From: Trueperaceae bacterium | Lineage (GTDB): Bacteria > Deinococcota > Deinococci > Deinococcales > Trueperaceae | DNA length: 64,000 bases | Direction: 5' to 3' | Assembly: GCA_965213705.1 (NCBI GenBank) | Contig: OZ243913.1 | Span: forward strand, 2,368,001 to 2,432,000 | Part shown: positions 32,066-41,383 of the stretch, piece by piece | Layout: each line of letters opens with the position of its first letter | Position numbering within the stretch: position 1 is the first letter of the stretch | The notes under the pieces: model-generated | What the model was told of the DNA's origin: nothing | What the model saw: the letters and a program-made list of their open reading frames with translations, nothing else | Database searches by the model: none | Translations under genes and position numbers: made by a program

Positions 32066-32901
32066 TGAAATCGCGCTGCTAACTCTGCCGCGTTCTGAGA
32101 CAGCGCGCGCACTGTCTCGCTCTCGACGAGGCGCGTGTCTGTTTTAGCCTCCAACCACGGCAGCACGAGTTCGGTCGGCAAGTTGCCGACGAGTTCGTCT
32201 CCGGCGAACGGGCAACCGCCCACGCCCGCCAGCGCGCCCTCGAACCAGCGCAGCCCGTGGTCCAGGGCGACCTCCAACTGAGTTTTCCAAGCGTCGGGGC
32301 GGGCGTGCAAGTGAAGCCCCAAAAGCTCCGGCGCGTCGGTCTCGTCTAAAACCTGCTCGAGCAGTTCAGCCGTCGCCGTGCCGACGGTATCGGCGAGAGC
32401 AATGTGGGAAACGCCTAAATCCCGAAGCTTCGCGACCGCCGCCGCGGTGTCTTGGGGCTCCCAAGGTTCGCCGTAAGGGTTGCCGAAACCCATCGACAGG
32501 TAAACGACCAGCTCGAGGTGTTCCGCCTCGGCCACCATCGCCTCGACCAGGGGCCAAGACGCCTCCAAACTCCGGTTCGTGTTGCGCTGCTGAAAAGTGT
32601 CGTTGACCGACAGGGGATAGCCGATGCTGGTTAAGTTGGGAGCGCTCAGGGCGCGCTCGAGCCCGCGTTCGTTGGCGACGATGGCAAGCAGGTCGGCGTC
32701 CACCGGCACGCTCAACCCTGCCAGCACCTGTTCCGTGTCGGCGAGTTGCGGCACCGCCTTGGGCGAGACGAACGAGCCCAGGTCGAGGTGGCGAAAACTG
32801 CCGTCGAGGAGAGTCTGGACATGGTGAATCTTTTGCTCGGTGGGGATAAGCAGACTCAGTCCCTGCCAGGAGTCACGCGGACATTCGACGTACTTGAGCA
32901 T
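32062..32901 (-). CDS. Hydroxymethylglutaryl-CoA lyase-like protein
   Basis: VECPRD, GSFVSPKAVPQLAD, LADTVG, GLHLH and GGCPFA...GNLPTE; TATACT 5 nt before ATG 32901. Confidence 0.9.
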   Translation of the reverse strand: MLKYVECPRDSWQGLSLLIPTEQKIHHVQTLLDGSFRHLDLGSFVSPKAVPQLADTEQVLAGLSVPVDADLLAIVANERGLERALSAPNLTSIGYPLSVNDTFQQRNTNRSLEASWPLVEAMVAEAEHLELVVYLSMGFGNPYGEPWEPQDTAAAVAKLRDLGVSHIALADTVGTATAELLEQVLDETDAPELLGLHLHARPDAWKTQLEVALDHGLRWFEGALAGVGGCPFAGDELVGNLPTELVLPWLEAKTDTRLVESETVRALSQNAAELAARFH

Positions 32902-33125
32902 GGGCGAGTATAGCGCCTCGGGCGGCGGCAGCCGTTGTGGCTCAGCCTCCTCAGCTTTTGAGGCGCTCGAGCTACCAAGGCGGTCGTTTACGGCAGGCGC
33001 GACGTCTCGCTGCTGCACACGGCTCTGCAGGCCCGGTCTCGGCGGCTGGGCGGCTCGAATTGTGTGTTTTCGCCAGGACGACAAGCTCGAGAAGCCCTAC
33101 TCTGAGAACAAATTAAAGGGGGAAC

Positions 33126-33701
33126 ATGAAAAAAGCAGCGGCACTTTTAGTAACTCTTTTGGCTCTGGGGACGTTTTGCGTCAGCCAAGCACAAGGTGAA
33201 CAGGCCACGGCGGAGCTGGTCGACGCCCAAGGCGACAGCGTCGGCACCGCAACGCTCACGCCGGTCGAAAACGGTGTTCGAATCCAAGTCGACATAAGCG
33301 GCTTTACGGCGGCGGCGGCGGGCGAGCACGGGTTTCACATCCACCAGACGGGCCAGTGTACGCCCGACTTTATGGCGGCGGGCGAGCACTTCAACCCGAC
33401 CGACGCTCAGCACGGCCTGCTGAATCCCGAGGGGCCGCACGCGGGCGACCTGCCGAACCTGCGCGTCGACGCCGACGGCAACGCGAGCTACGGCGTGACG
33501 ACCGACCTCGTGACCCTGGAGGAGGGCGAACGCTCGCTCTTCGACGCCGACGGCAGCGCGTTCATCCTGCACACCAACCCCGACGACTACGTGACCGACC
33601 CAGGCGGGACCAGCGGTGACCGCCTCGCCTGCGGCGTCATCGTGATGGGCCAAGGCGGTGCCAGCGGTGAAACTGGAGGAGCCGAGACGGGCGGGAACTG
33701 A
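33126..33701 (+). CDS. sodC: Exported Cu/Zn superoxide dismutase family protein
   Basis: Signal peptide, HGFHIH, AGEHFNP, HAGDLPN, ILH and RLACGVI. Confidence 0.88.
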   Translation: MKKAAALLVTLLALGTFCVSQAQGEQATAELVDAQGDSVGTATLTPVENGVRIQVDISGFTAAAAGEHGFHIHQTGQCTPDFMAAGEHFNPTDAQHGLLNPEGPHAGDLPNLRVDADGNASYGVTTDLVTLEEGERSLFDADGSAFILHTNPDDYVTDPGGTSGDRLACGVIVMGQGGASGETGGAETGGN

Positions 33702-33792
33702 CCCTTCTTCAGCTCGTTTCTTAAAGACTTGGCTCGAGAAAAACCAAGCGCGAATTTCGGCAAGGAACTGAAAAACCTCCAAACTTCCAGCT

Positions 33793-33821
33793 AAAGGGCG
33801 CGTCGACACGCGCCCTTTTTT
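33793..33821 (+). terminator. Intrinsic terminator after the SOD gene
   Basis: AAAGGGCGCGT-CGAC-ACGCGCCCTTT followed by a T run. Confidence 0.7.
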
Positions 33822-33939
33822 GCTTTGCGGCCGTGGACCGACATCGCCCGGCGGTGTGGCAGCGGCGCTGTTGCGTCGGACGCCCCGAGTGTTCTCCAAC
33901 CCTCGACCGCTTACCCGGCGCCCTTTTATACTGAACCGC

Positions 33940-35562
33940 GTGTTACAAGCTCTCGAGCTTACCAACTTCGCCATTGTGGACAGTTTGCGCATCGAGCTGT
34001 CGAACGGACTCAACGTGCTGACCGGCGAGACGGGCGCGGGCAAATCCATCCTTATCGACGCGTTGTCGCTGCTGATTGGCGGGCGCGGCGACAGTTCCTG
34101 GGTGCGGAGCGGGCACGACACCGCCCTCATCCAAGGCATCTTCGACCCGCACACGGGGCTGGAGTCGGCGGCGCGGCGGCTCTCGAGCGCGGGCCGCAGC
34201 ACGGCTCGGCTGGACGGCGAACTCGTCACGGTCGGCGAACTGTCCGAACGGCTGGGGCGGCTCGTGACCATCCACGGGCAACACGCCTCGCAGGTGCTGC
34301 TGAACGCGGCCGAGCAGCGGCGGCTCTTGGACCGGCTGTTGGACGACAAGGTGAAGCTGACGCTTGCCAGCTACCGCGAGCGTTACAAAGAGTGGCAGGG
34401 TGTCCAAAAAGACTTGGAGCGCCTGTGCGAAGCGACCCGCGAGCGGGCGCGGCGAATCGACATCTTGCAGTTTCAAATAGACGAAATCGACGCGGCACGC
34501 CTCAAGCCCGACGAGGTGCCGAGCTTGGAAGAAGAGGCCGAAAGCCTGCGCTTTGCCGAGCGCATCGTGTTGAGCGCGGGCGCTGCGCTGGCCGCCCTGA
34601 ACGAGGCCGAGCCGAGCGCGGTCGATTTGCTCGCGGGCGCGGTCAAGGACCTGGAGACCGCCGGACGCTATCACAAGACGCTCGCCTCACTCGCTTCGGA
34701 ACTCGCCGAAGCCTTGTCGAGCGTCGCGGCCATCGGCGACGAGGTGGGCAGCTTTTTGAGCGACTTCGAGGCCGAGCCGGGGCGCTTGGAGCAGGTCGAG
34801 GCGCGGCTCGCCTCGGTCGAAACCTTGCAGCGCAAGTACGGCGAGAGCGTCGCGGCGGTGTTGGAGTACCGCGCGCAGGCCGGAGCCGAATTGGACACCC
34901 TCGCGCACGCCGACGCGAACATCGCGGTGCTCGAGCAGCGCCAAGCCGACCTGCAAACCGACCTTGCCGGCCAGGCCGAAACCTTGAGCAAGGCGCGGCA
35001 AGCCACCGCCCAAAAACTCTCCAAAGCCGTCACCAAAGAAATTAAACCGCTCGGCATGACGAACGCAGTGTTCGAGGTCGAGGTGGCGCGCACGCCGATT
35101 CTCACCGCCTACGGGCAAGACGACGTCACGTTCTTGTTTACCGCGAACCTGGGCGAGCCGCCCGCGCCGCTCTCAGGCGTCGCCTCGGGCGGAGAACTCT
35201 CGCGGGTGATGCTCGGCCTGAACGTGGTGACGGGTTCGGACTTGCCGGTTTTGGCCTTCGACGAGGTCGATGCCGGAATAGGCGGCAAAACGGCTCGAGC
35301 GGTGGGCGCGCTGCTCAAGGAACTCGCCCAACATCACCAAATCCTCGTCGTGACGCACCTGCCGCAGGTCGCCGCCTTCGCCGACGCCCAGTTCTACGTT
35401 GAAAAACAAGAGGTCGGGGGCCGCACCGTCACGCGGGTGGCGCGTCTGGAGCCCCTGGAACGCGAACTGGAACTCGCCCGGATGCTCTCGGGCAGCACCA
35501 CCGACGCGGCTATCGCCAACGCGAGGGAGTTGCTGAGCGAGTCTCAGTCAGCCAGCCCGTAG
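33940..35562 (+). CDS. recN: DNA repair protein RecN
   Basis: LTGETGAGKS, IHGQH, coiled coil, ASGGELSR, FDEVDAGIGG and VTHLPQVAA; TATACT 7 nt before GTG 33940. Confidence 0.96.
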   Translation: MLQALELTNFAIVDSLRIELSNGLNVLTGETGAGKSILIDALSLLIGGRGDSSWVRSGHDTALIQGIFDPHTGLESAARRLSSAGRSTARLDGELVTVGELSERLGRLVTIHGQHASQVLLNAAEQRRLLDRLLDDKVKLTLASYRERYKEWQGVQKDLERLCEATRERARRIDILQFQIDEIDAARLKPDEVPSLEEEAESLRFAERIVLSAGAALAALNEAEPSAVDLLAGAVKDLETAGRYHKTLASLASELAEALSSVAAIGDEVGSFLSDFEAEPGRLEQVEARLASVETLQRKYGESVAAVLEYRAQAGAELDTLAHADANIAVLEQRQADLQTDLAGQAETLSKARQATAQKLSKAVTKEIKPLGMTNAVFEVEVARTPILTAYGQDDVTFLFTANLGEPPAPLSGVASGGELSRVMLGLNVVTGSDLPVLAFDEVDAGIGGKTARAVGALLKELAQHHQILVVTHLPQVAAFADAQFYVEKQEVGGRTVTRVARLEPLERELELARMLSGSTTDAAIANARELLSESQSASP

Positions 35563-35606
35563 CGAGCGGCTTGGTAGAGACCCAATTGCTGCGGGCTACA
35601 AACTTT

Positions 35607-36488
35607 TTACCGGCTTGCCTCCGCGCCGACCTCGCCGCAGGCGACGATAGTGTTCAGCGCTTCGGGCGAGAGGTGAATGTTGATGTAATGATTGCCCTCG
35701 ACGACAGCGTCGAACGAGGCGTCGCTGTAGGTAACGCTCGAGCCGTCGGCACCGGTTACGCTTTCGAGGGGAACCACAATCTCGCCGCCCCCGCCGCAGT
35801 TGCCGGCGTGGAAGTGGGCGGGGTGAACGCCGCTTGCGCGCGTGCCTTCTAAAGAAATTGTGTTACGCGTGCCGCCGCCCTCTTCCGCCGCGCGTTCGGT
35901 GACCTGCACCGTGCCGGTGACGCCGCTGCCGTTCACCGCGTAAATTTGGTAACTCCGCGTGCGGAGCGTGGCGAACTCTTCGGGCAACGTCTCGCTCTCG
36001 TCAACGCCCAAAACGATGCCGGGAAAAGGGGCCGGGTCCGACACGACCGCGTCGCCCGCCAGCGCCGTCGCTCCCGCACCGACCTCGCCGCTGGCGACAA
36101 TCGTAGCCAGGTCGTCCGGGGACGCGTGGAGGTTGATGTAATGGTCCTGTTCGACAATCGTGTCATAAGGCGTGTCGGTCACGGTGATGCTGAGCCCGTT
36201 CGCGCCGTCCACGCTCTCGAGCGGCACCACTACCGGGCCGCCGCTGCCCACGTCGCCCGCGTGAAAGTGCGCCGGATGCACACCGCCGGCTTGCGTGCCT
36301 TTGACCGAAATCACCACAACCGTCTCGCTGCCGTAGTCCAAAACGAGCACCGACCCGCTCACGCCGCTGTTCTCAACGGGCATGATTTCGTAGCGGACGC
36401 TCCTCTCGGCGCTGCTCTGGTACGTTTGCGCTGCAGCGAGCGAACCACAAAAGGTGATGAGCATCGTCAGATAAAAAAGTCGTTTCAT
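35607..36488 (-). CDS. Exported protein with two CHRD/SOD-like His-rich domains
   Basis: Signal peptide; two copies of NxSGVxG...HPAHFHAG...VVPLESV...HYINxHxSP...GEVG. Confidence 0.75.
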   Translation of the reverse strand: MKRLFYLTMLITFCGSLAAAQTYQSSAERSVRYEIMPVENSGVSGSVLVLDYGSETVVVISVKGTQAGGVHPAHFHAGDVGSGGPVVVPLESVDGANGLSITVTDTPYDTIVEQDHYINLHASPDDLATIVASGEVGAGATALAGDAVVSDPAPFPGIVLGVDESETLPEEFATLRTRSYQIYAVNGSGVTGTVQVTERAAEEGGGTRNTISLEGTRASGVHPAHFHAGNCGGGGEIVVPLESVTGADGSSVTYSDASFDAVVEGNHYINIHLSPEALNTIVACGEVGAEASR

Positions 36489-36539
36489 GTTTGCTCCTCT
36501 CGGGGTCGTCATGTTCGAGCTGCTCAGGGCCAGAACACG

Positions 36540-36764
36540 TCACCGAAGAATACCCGTATCGCCGGAGAAAAGAATGCAGTAATTCACAGCGAAAGAGGTC
36601 GCGCCCTCCTGCAGTCCCCGCCGTAACCTGAAGAGGCGGCTTGGAGGTGCAACCCCGGCAGCTATAAAGTTGCGGGCCTTATGAATCAGGCAGTATTCGC
36701 AAAGCTCTTTCGCTCGTTCACGAATGCGTTGAGGCAGGTCGGCAGAAACGTAGGCTCTACTCAT
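36540..36764 (-). pseudogene. Truncated HNH endonuclease
   Basis: MSRAYVSADL..RIRERAKELCEYCLIH is an HNH N-terminus, but no HNH core follows. Confidence 0.65.
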
Positions 36765-36992
36765 TCATTAGTCGACGTGCGTGCTTTGGCAACGCGCATC
36801 AGGTGTTCTAACTGCAAATAGTGCCCTAATTCTGAGCGTTCTTCTTTTGAGAGAGCCGAGGTTTGCTCGAGGTCTGTCAACTCGGCGACACGCGCCTTTG
36901 CCTTCGGAAGGGCGCAAGGCTGCGATGCTTTCAGGGTTCATACCCTCGGTGATGAAGTCGGTAATCTTTTGATAAGCGCGTGCGACAGCCAT
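36761..36992 (-). pseudogene. Frameshifted small partner (antitoxin-like) gene upstream of the HNH
   Basis: MAVARAYQKITDFITEGMNPESIAALRPSE continues in a shifted frame as AKARVAELTDLEQTSALSKEERSELGHYLQLEHLMRVAKARTSTNE*, whose TGA overlaps the HNH ATG. Confidence 0.65.
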
Positions 36993-37193
36993 GAGGTTAG
37001 TTTGCTACAGTAATGTAGCGGTGGCTTGCAACGGTTGTCATGTTTTAGGACACATGAGTTTTGATGGGCTCGAGCTTGGCGCAGTCCAGCAGTAAGTACG
37101 CCGAGACTGCCTTGCGAACGTGTTACAGTGAAACCTGGTTGTGGGCGTCCATAAGCGTAAGTCCTACTTTTTAAAGTCCGAACTGGTGAACAA

Positions 37194-37556
37194 ATGCAAC
37201 TGAACCTTTTCGAAGTAAATGGGCACAAAATTGTGGAAGTCGAATCTGAACGTGTGGTTATCAAGGACACGCGAGACGCCCTGGACCTGATGGCGGATGC
37301 ACAGTACAAGGATGCCACAAGCATTCTTCTGTACGAAAAAAATTTGAAGCCGGACTTTTTCGATTTGAAAACTGGAATGGCCGGAGAAATCTTGCAGAAG
37401 TATACAAACTATCGTATGAGGCTTGCTATCGTCGGAGAATTTGAGAAGTTCGAGAGTAGAAGTCTGCAGGCGTTTATCATTGAGAGCAACCGAGGGAAGA
37501 TGATTGCTTTTGTGCCTGATAGAGAAACGGCAATAGCCAAGCTAATAAACTGGTAA
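37194..37556 (+). CDS. DUF4180 family protein, AT-rich
   Basis: DALDLM, FFDLKTGMAGEILQKYTNY...AIVGEF and FIIESNRG. Confidence 0.85.
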   Translation: MQLNLFEVNGHKIVEVESERVVIKDTRDALDLMADAQYKDATSILLYEKNLKPDFFDLKTGMAGEILQKYTNYRMRLAIVGEFEKFESRSLQAFIIESNRGKMIAFVPDRETAIAKLINW

Positions 37557-37625
37557 AAACTGTATTCTAAAAGCTTTAGGACTTGACAGCTTCACCCCCA
37601 TTGGTTTTCACAGCAAAAGCTTCAC

Positions 37626-38708
37626 CTAGCTTGCCCCTACTGCGGTGGGTAATATTTGGATGACCGCCTCCGTAAACGCCGCCGTCCCCCTCGAGCCCCC
37701 CAAATCCTTCGTCGGGTCTTCAAACAGGGCCGCCTGCACCGCCGTTTCGATGGCGCTCGCCGCCTCGTTTTCCTGCAAACCGTAGCGCAGCATCAGCGCC
37801 GCCGAGAGCATCGTGCCGACCGGGTTGGCGATTCCTTTTCCGGCGATGTCCGGGGCCGAGCCGTGAACGGCCTCGAATAAGCCGACCGTGCCGCCCAAAC
37901 TTGCCGAAGGCAGCAAACCCAGCGAGCCGGGAATCACCGCGGCGAGGTCGCTCAGGATGTCGCCGAACAGGTTGCCCGTCACGACCGTGTCGAACTGTTT
38001 GGGGTCCCTTACGATTTGCATGGCGGCGTTGTCCACATAGAGATGGTCCAAGCTCACGTCTTTGAACTCGGATTCGTGAACGCCGACGACCACGTCGCGC
38101 CAGAACTGCGACACGTCGAGCACGTTGGCCTTGTCTACGTTCGTAACCTTGCCGCCGCGCTGTTTGGCTGTTTCGAAAGCGGTACGGGTGATGCGCTCAA
38201 CTTCAAAACGTTCGTAGACCATCGTGCTAAGGCCCTTGTCTTGTTCGACAAACGACGGCTTGCCGAAGTAGATGCCGCCGGTGAGTTCGCGGAGGATGAG
38301 GAGGTCGGTACCTTTGGCAACCTCGCTTTTGAGGGGGGAGAGGTGCTCGAGCCCGCCAAACACCTTCACCGGGCGCAGGTTCGCGTACAGCCCTAAGTGC
38401 TTGCGGATGCCCAAAATTCCCGACTCGACACGCTTTTCGCGCGGTACTTTATTCCAAGGGTGGTCGCCGACGGGTCCGCCCGCCGAGCCCATCAGGACGG
38501 CGTCGCTCCCCGCGCAGACCTCTTTCGTCTCCTCGGGTAACGGGTGGCCGTGGCTCTCGAGCGCGCCCCCGCCGAAGGGGAGACGGCGGTACTCGAGCTT
38601 GAACCCATAATTTTCCGCAACTACGTCCAAGACGTCTATGGACGCGTCGACAACCTCCGGCCCGATGAAGTCGCCGGGCAAAACGGCGATGTTGTAGGTT
38701 TTAGTCAT
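37626..38708 (-). CDS. leuB: 3-isopropylmalate dehydrogenase
   Basis: LPGDFIGPEV, ANLRP, RELTGGIYFG, VDKANVL, NLFGDILSD and EAVHGSAPDIAGKG. Confidence 0.96.
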   Translation of the reverse strand: MTKTYNIAVLPGDFIGPEVVDASIDVLDVVAENYGFKLEYRRLPFGGGALESHGHPLPEETKEVCAGSDAVLMGSAGGPVGDHPWNKVPREKRVESGILGIRKHLGLYANLRPVKVFGGLEHLSPLKSEVAKGTDLLILRELTGGIYFGKPSFVEQDKGLSTMVYERFEVERITRTAFETAKQRGGKVTNVDKANVLDVSQFWRDVVVGVHESEFKDVSLDHLYVDNAAMQIVRDPKQFDTVVTGNLFGDILSDLAAVIPGSLGLLPSASLGGTVGLFEAVHGSAPDIAGKGIANPVGTMLSAALMLRYGLQENEAASAIETAVQAALFEDPTKDLGGSRGTAAFTEAVIQILPTAVGAS

Positions 38709-39480
38709 GATTTTCTCCTTCCGGTTTGATAGCTAAGATAAGCGCCATCGGCATGTCGAACGTGACGGCCTCGCCTTGTTCGTAAACGATGTTAAAGGTG
38801 TCTCGAGCCGCGCCGCCGGCCTCACGGAACAGATTGCGAACTTCCTCGGCTTGCTCAGGACTTGGGTTCATGCGCGTTATCCAGCTTTCGACCTCGAGCG
38901 TGTAAACCGTCTCCGCATCGCCCACGATCCACTTCAAGCCTGCTTCTTTTATAAAAGCCCGCCACTCGCTTATGAAGTAAGCGCGTTCGTGGGTGGGGTC
39001 GCGGGTTGTCTCGAGCGCGTGATACCAGGCTTCGACCTCCGCGCTCGGCGTAATTTCGTCGACGATGACGAGCCGGCCGCCCCTTTTGAGAACGCGCTTC
39101 AACTCGGCCAGAGTATTCGGCATACTCGGATGGTGGTGGAGCGTGTGGCGGGCGGTGACGAGGTCGAAGGTGTCGTCGGGAAAGCCCGTCACTTCGCTGG
39201 TGCCGTGGACGAACTCGAGGTTCGCTAAGTCTCCGTAAGTGCCCTGCGCCGCCCGCCGCATTCCCTCGGCGGGGTCGAGGCCGTAGACTTTTTGAGCGTG
39301 ACGAGCGAGTTGTGCGGCGGTGTGGCCGGTTCCGGTGCCGACGTCCAAACAAACGTCGGTTTTGATAGGGCGGGCCAGCTCGAGCAGTTTCGGCAAGGAT
39401 GGGCCGAACTTGTGGGGCGCGCTCGCAGCGTAGTTCGCGCCGAGTTTCGACCAGGCGGCGGCGACCTGTTGAACGCTCAC
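38701..39480 (-). CDS. Class I SAM-dependent methyltransferase
   Basis: LDVGTGTG, FDLVTAR and RVLKRGG. Confidence 0.9.
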   Translation of the reverse strand: MSVQQVAAAWSKLGANYAASAPHKFGPSLPKLLELARPIKTDVCLDVGTGTGHTAAQLARHAQKVYGLDPAEGMRRAAQGTYGDLANLEFVHGTSEVTGFPDDTFDLVTARHTLHHHPSMPNTLAELKRVLKRGGRLVIVDEITPSAEVEAWYHALETTRDPTHERAYFISEWRAFIKEAGLKWIVGDAETVYTLEVESWITRMNPSPEQAEEVRNLFREAGGAARDTFNIVYEQGEAVTFDMPMALILAIKPEGENHD

Positions 39481-39501
39481 GCTCTTCTTTCCGGGATTGT
39501 T

Positions 39502-39714
39502 TTACAGAGAGTCATGGGGGTGGGCAAGCTCGAGAAAAGCCTCAGCGTCTTCACGCTTTACGGAGGGGAAGTTCTCTAAAAACACAGCCACGCTGTAGCC
39601 GTCGTTAAGATAGTCGAGCAGGGTTTGGGCGGGTACGCGCGTGCCGTGAAAAACGAGCGTGCCGCCCAGGACGTCCGGGTCGGAGTGAACGGGGCTGCGT
39701 TTCAAGGTAATCAT
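39502..39714 (-). CDS. DUF433 family (antitoxin-like) protein
   Basis: DPDVLGGTLVFHGTRVP...LLDYL..G.S...FLENFPSV. Confidence 0.85.
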   Translation of the reverse strand: MITLKRSPVHSDPDVLGGTLVFHGTRVPAQTLLDYLNDGYSVAVFLENFPSVKREDAEAFLELAHPHDSL

Positions 39715-39751
39715 AGTTGTCAGTCTAGCGCTTTCTCACGAAGAGCCTAAG

Positions 39752-40303
39752 CTAACGTTCCCGCTCGAGAATCTGCGTCGGCTTGCCGTCCAAGCTCGTT
39801 TGATTCTTCTCCTGCCAATAGTCCCGAATACCCGCCTCGCCCTTGCGCTCGGCCCAGTCGGGCATGTTCGGGCGCTCGCCCGCGTAGTCGAAGAACGGCA
39901 CCCCGAAGCCGCACGAGGTTTGCACCAGATTTATGTGGAGTTTGAAGAGTTGTCTCGAGCCCTTCAATGGCGGAAAAAGGCCGATGAACTCGTCCCAAGC
40001 CGCGTCCCTCGGATGATAAACTTCCGCTGTTCCGTAGAGACGCAGAATCATCGGGTTGCCCTCGAACGCGCAGAACATCAGCGTCATGCGGTTGTTCTCT
40101 AAAAGGTGCGCCGCCGTTTCGTTGCCGCTGCCCGTGCCGTTGAGCCAAATCACGGTGTTCTCGCCCAGCACGCGGAGCGAGTCCAGACCTTTGGGCGAGA
40201 CGTTCACTCGCCCGTCGCAGTCTGCGGTGGCGACGAAGAAAAGTTTCTGCGCCTCGATGAAGCTTTGCAAATGTGAACCCAGGGCGGCGTACTGTTTGCC
40301 CAT
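39752..40303 (-). CDS. Pyridoxamine 5'-phosphate oxidase-like FMN-binding protein
   Basis: FFVATA, NVSPKG, TGSGNET and QTSCGFGVP. Confidence 0.88.
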   Translation of the reverse strand: MGKQYAALGSHLQSFIEAQKLFFVATADCDGRVNVSPKGLDSLRVLGENTVIWLNGTGSGNETAAHLLENNRMTLMFCAFEGNPMILRLYGTAEVYHPRDAAWDEFIGLFPPLKGSRQLFKLHINLVQTSCGFGVPFFDYAGERPNMPDWAERKGEAGIRDYWQEKNQTSLDGKPTQILERER

Positions 40304-40306
40304 CGC

Positions 40307-40909
40307 CTAGCTCGCCAGGTACGGGAGGCGCTGGGCGGTTTCGGTGATGTTTCGGTCGGCCTCGAGCAACTCCGCAATCGGGTCCCACTGGCCCCTGACG
40401 AGGGCGTCTTTGGCAGTAGCGCGCACGGTGACTTCCAGCGTTTTATCGGCAAAGGTAATGCGTTCGTTTTCCAAGTCGATAACAATTTCGGTGTCGGGTT
40501 TTTGCTCCAGGGTGCCCGCGATGAGTTCGATTTGCTCGGGTGTCGCCTCGATGCAGGGCATCCCCAGCGTGGTGCTGTTGCCGAAGAAAATCTCGGCGAA
40601 ACTCTCGGCGATGACCGCCCGCACGCCGTAGCGGTAAATCGCCTGGGGCGCGTGTTCTCGAGACGAGCCGCAGCCGAAGTTGCTGTCGCTGACGATGATG
40701 GTCGCCTCGGTAAAACGCGGGTCGTTGAGCGGGTGCTGTTTTTCCGAGCCATCTTCAAAAAAACGCGCGTCGTGGAACAGGTACTCGCCGAGTCCGTCGA
40801 AGGTCACGCACTTCATAAAACGCGCGGGAATGATGCGGTCGGTGTCGATGTCGTCGCCGGGGATGTAGACGCCCCGGCCGCTGAGGTGGGTGATTTTGTT
40901 GAGGGCCAT
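40307..40909 (-). CDS. leuD: 3-isopropylmalate dehydratase small subunit
   Basis: DIDTDRIIPARF, NFGCGSSREHAP and SFAEIFFGN. Confidence 0.96.
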   Translation of the reverse strand: MALNKITHLSGRGVYIPGDDIDTDRIIPARFMKCVTFDGLGEYLFHDARFFEDGSEKQHPLNDPRFTEATIIVSDSNFGCGSSREHAPQAIYRYGVRAVIAESFAEIFFGNSTTLGMPCIEATPEQIELIAGTLEQKPDTEIVIDLENERITFADKTLEVTVRATAKDALVRGQWDPIAELLEADRNITETAQRLPYLAS

Positions 40910-40923
40910 GTGGACTCCTTAGA

Positions 40924-40972
40924 AGTACCGAGTACCTAGTAGAAAGTACCGAGTTTGAAGGACTTAGGGGTT
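40924..40972. repeat. 7-nt-periodic repeat array (downstream arm around the four-helix-bundle gene)
   Basis: AGTACCG AGTACCT AGTAGAA AGTACCG AGTTTGA AGGACTT AGGGGTT. Confidence 0.85.
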
Positions 40973-41341
40973 GTCGGATGGCTGGATGGAAGTTTTGAGG
41001 CCACCGAGAATTCGGGCGACTTCTTCGGTTTGATAGAAAGTGCTCTGGAAAGATGGTTTATCCAGGTAACCTATGTCGTGAGCGATGTACAGTTGAGAGC
41101 GAAGTTCGGCGCACGACGCCTTGGCAATGGTGACGAAGCGCTTGAACTCGGCTTGGCTGCCGCGCTCGAAGCCCTCGGCGATATTCGACATGATGGATAC
41201 GGCGGCGCGTTGCATCTGGTTTGTCAAACCAAAGTCCTTAGCGAACGCCTCCCGACGGGTAAGCGTATAGACAGTTCCAGCCAGCACCCTAGCCTTCTGC
41301 CATGCAATCAAATCTTCAAACCTCGTTATTTTCCTAGACAT
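40964..41341 (-). CDS. Four helix bundle protein (23S rRNA intervening-sequence protein family)
   Basis: FEDLIAWQKA, DFGLTNQMQRAAVSIMSNIAEGF and IAKASCAELRSQLYIA. Confidence 0.92.
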   Translation of the reverse strand: MSRKITRFEDLIAWQKARVLAGTVYTLTRREAFAKDFGLTNQMQRAAVSIMSNIAEGFERGSQAEFKRFVTIAKASCAELRSQLYIAHDIGYLDKPSFQSTFYQTEEVARILGGLKTSIQPSDNP

Positions 41342-41383
41342 TCCGCCTCAACACTTTCAACTCGGTACTAGGTACTCGGTACT
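41342..41383. repeat. 7-nt-periodic repeat array (upstream arm, inverted relative to 40924-40972)
   Basis: Minus strand reads AGTACCG AGTACCT AGTACCG AGTTGAA AGTGTTG AGGCGGA and then ATG. Confidence 0.85.

Noticed and set aside
40964..41341. Diversity-generating retroelement (Avd-like gene)
   Set aside because: There is no reverse transcriptase or template/variable repeat pair in the window.
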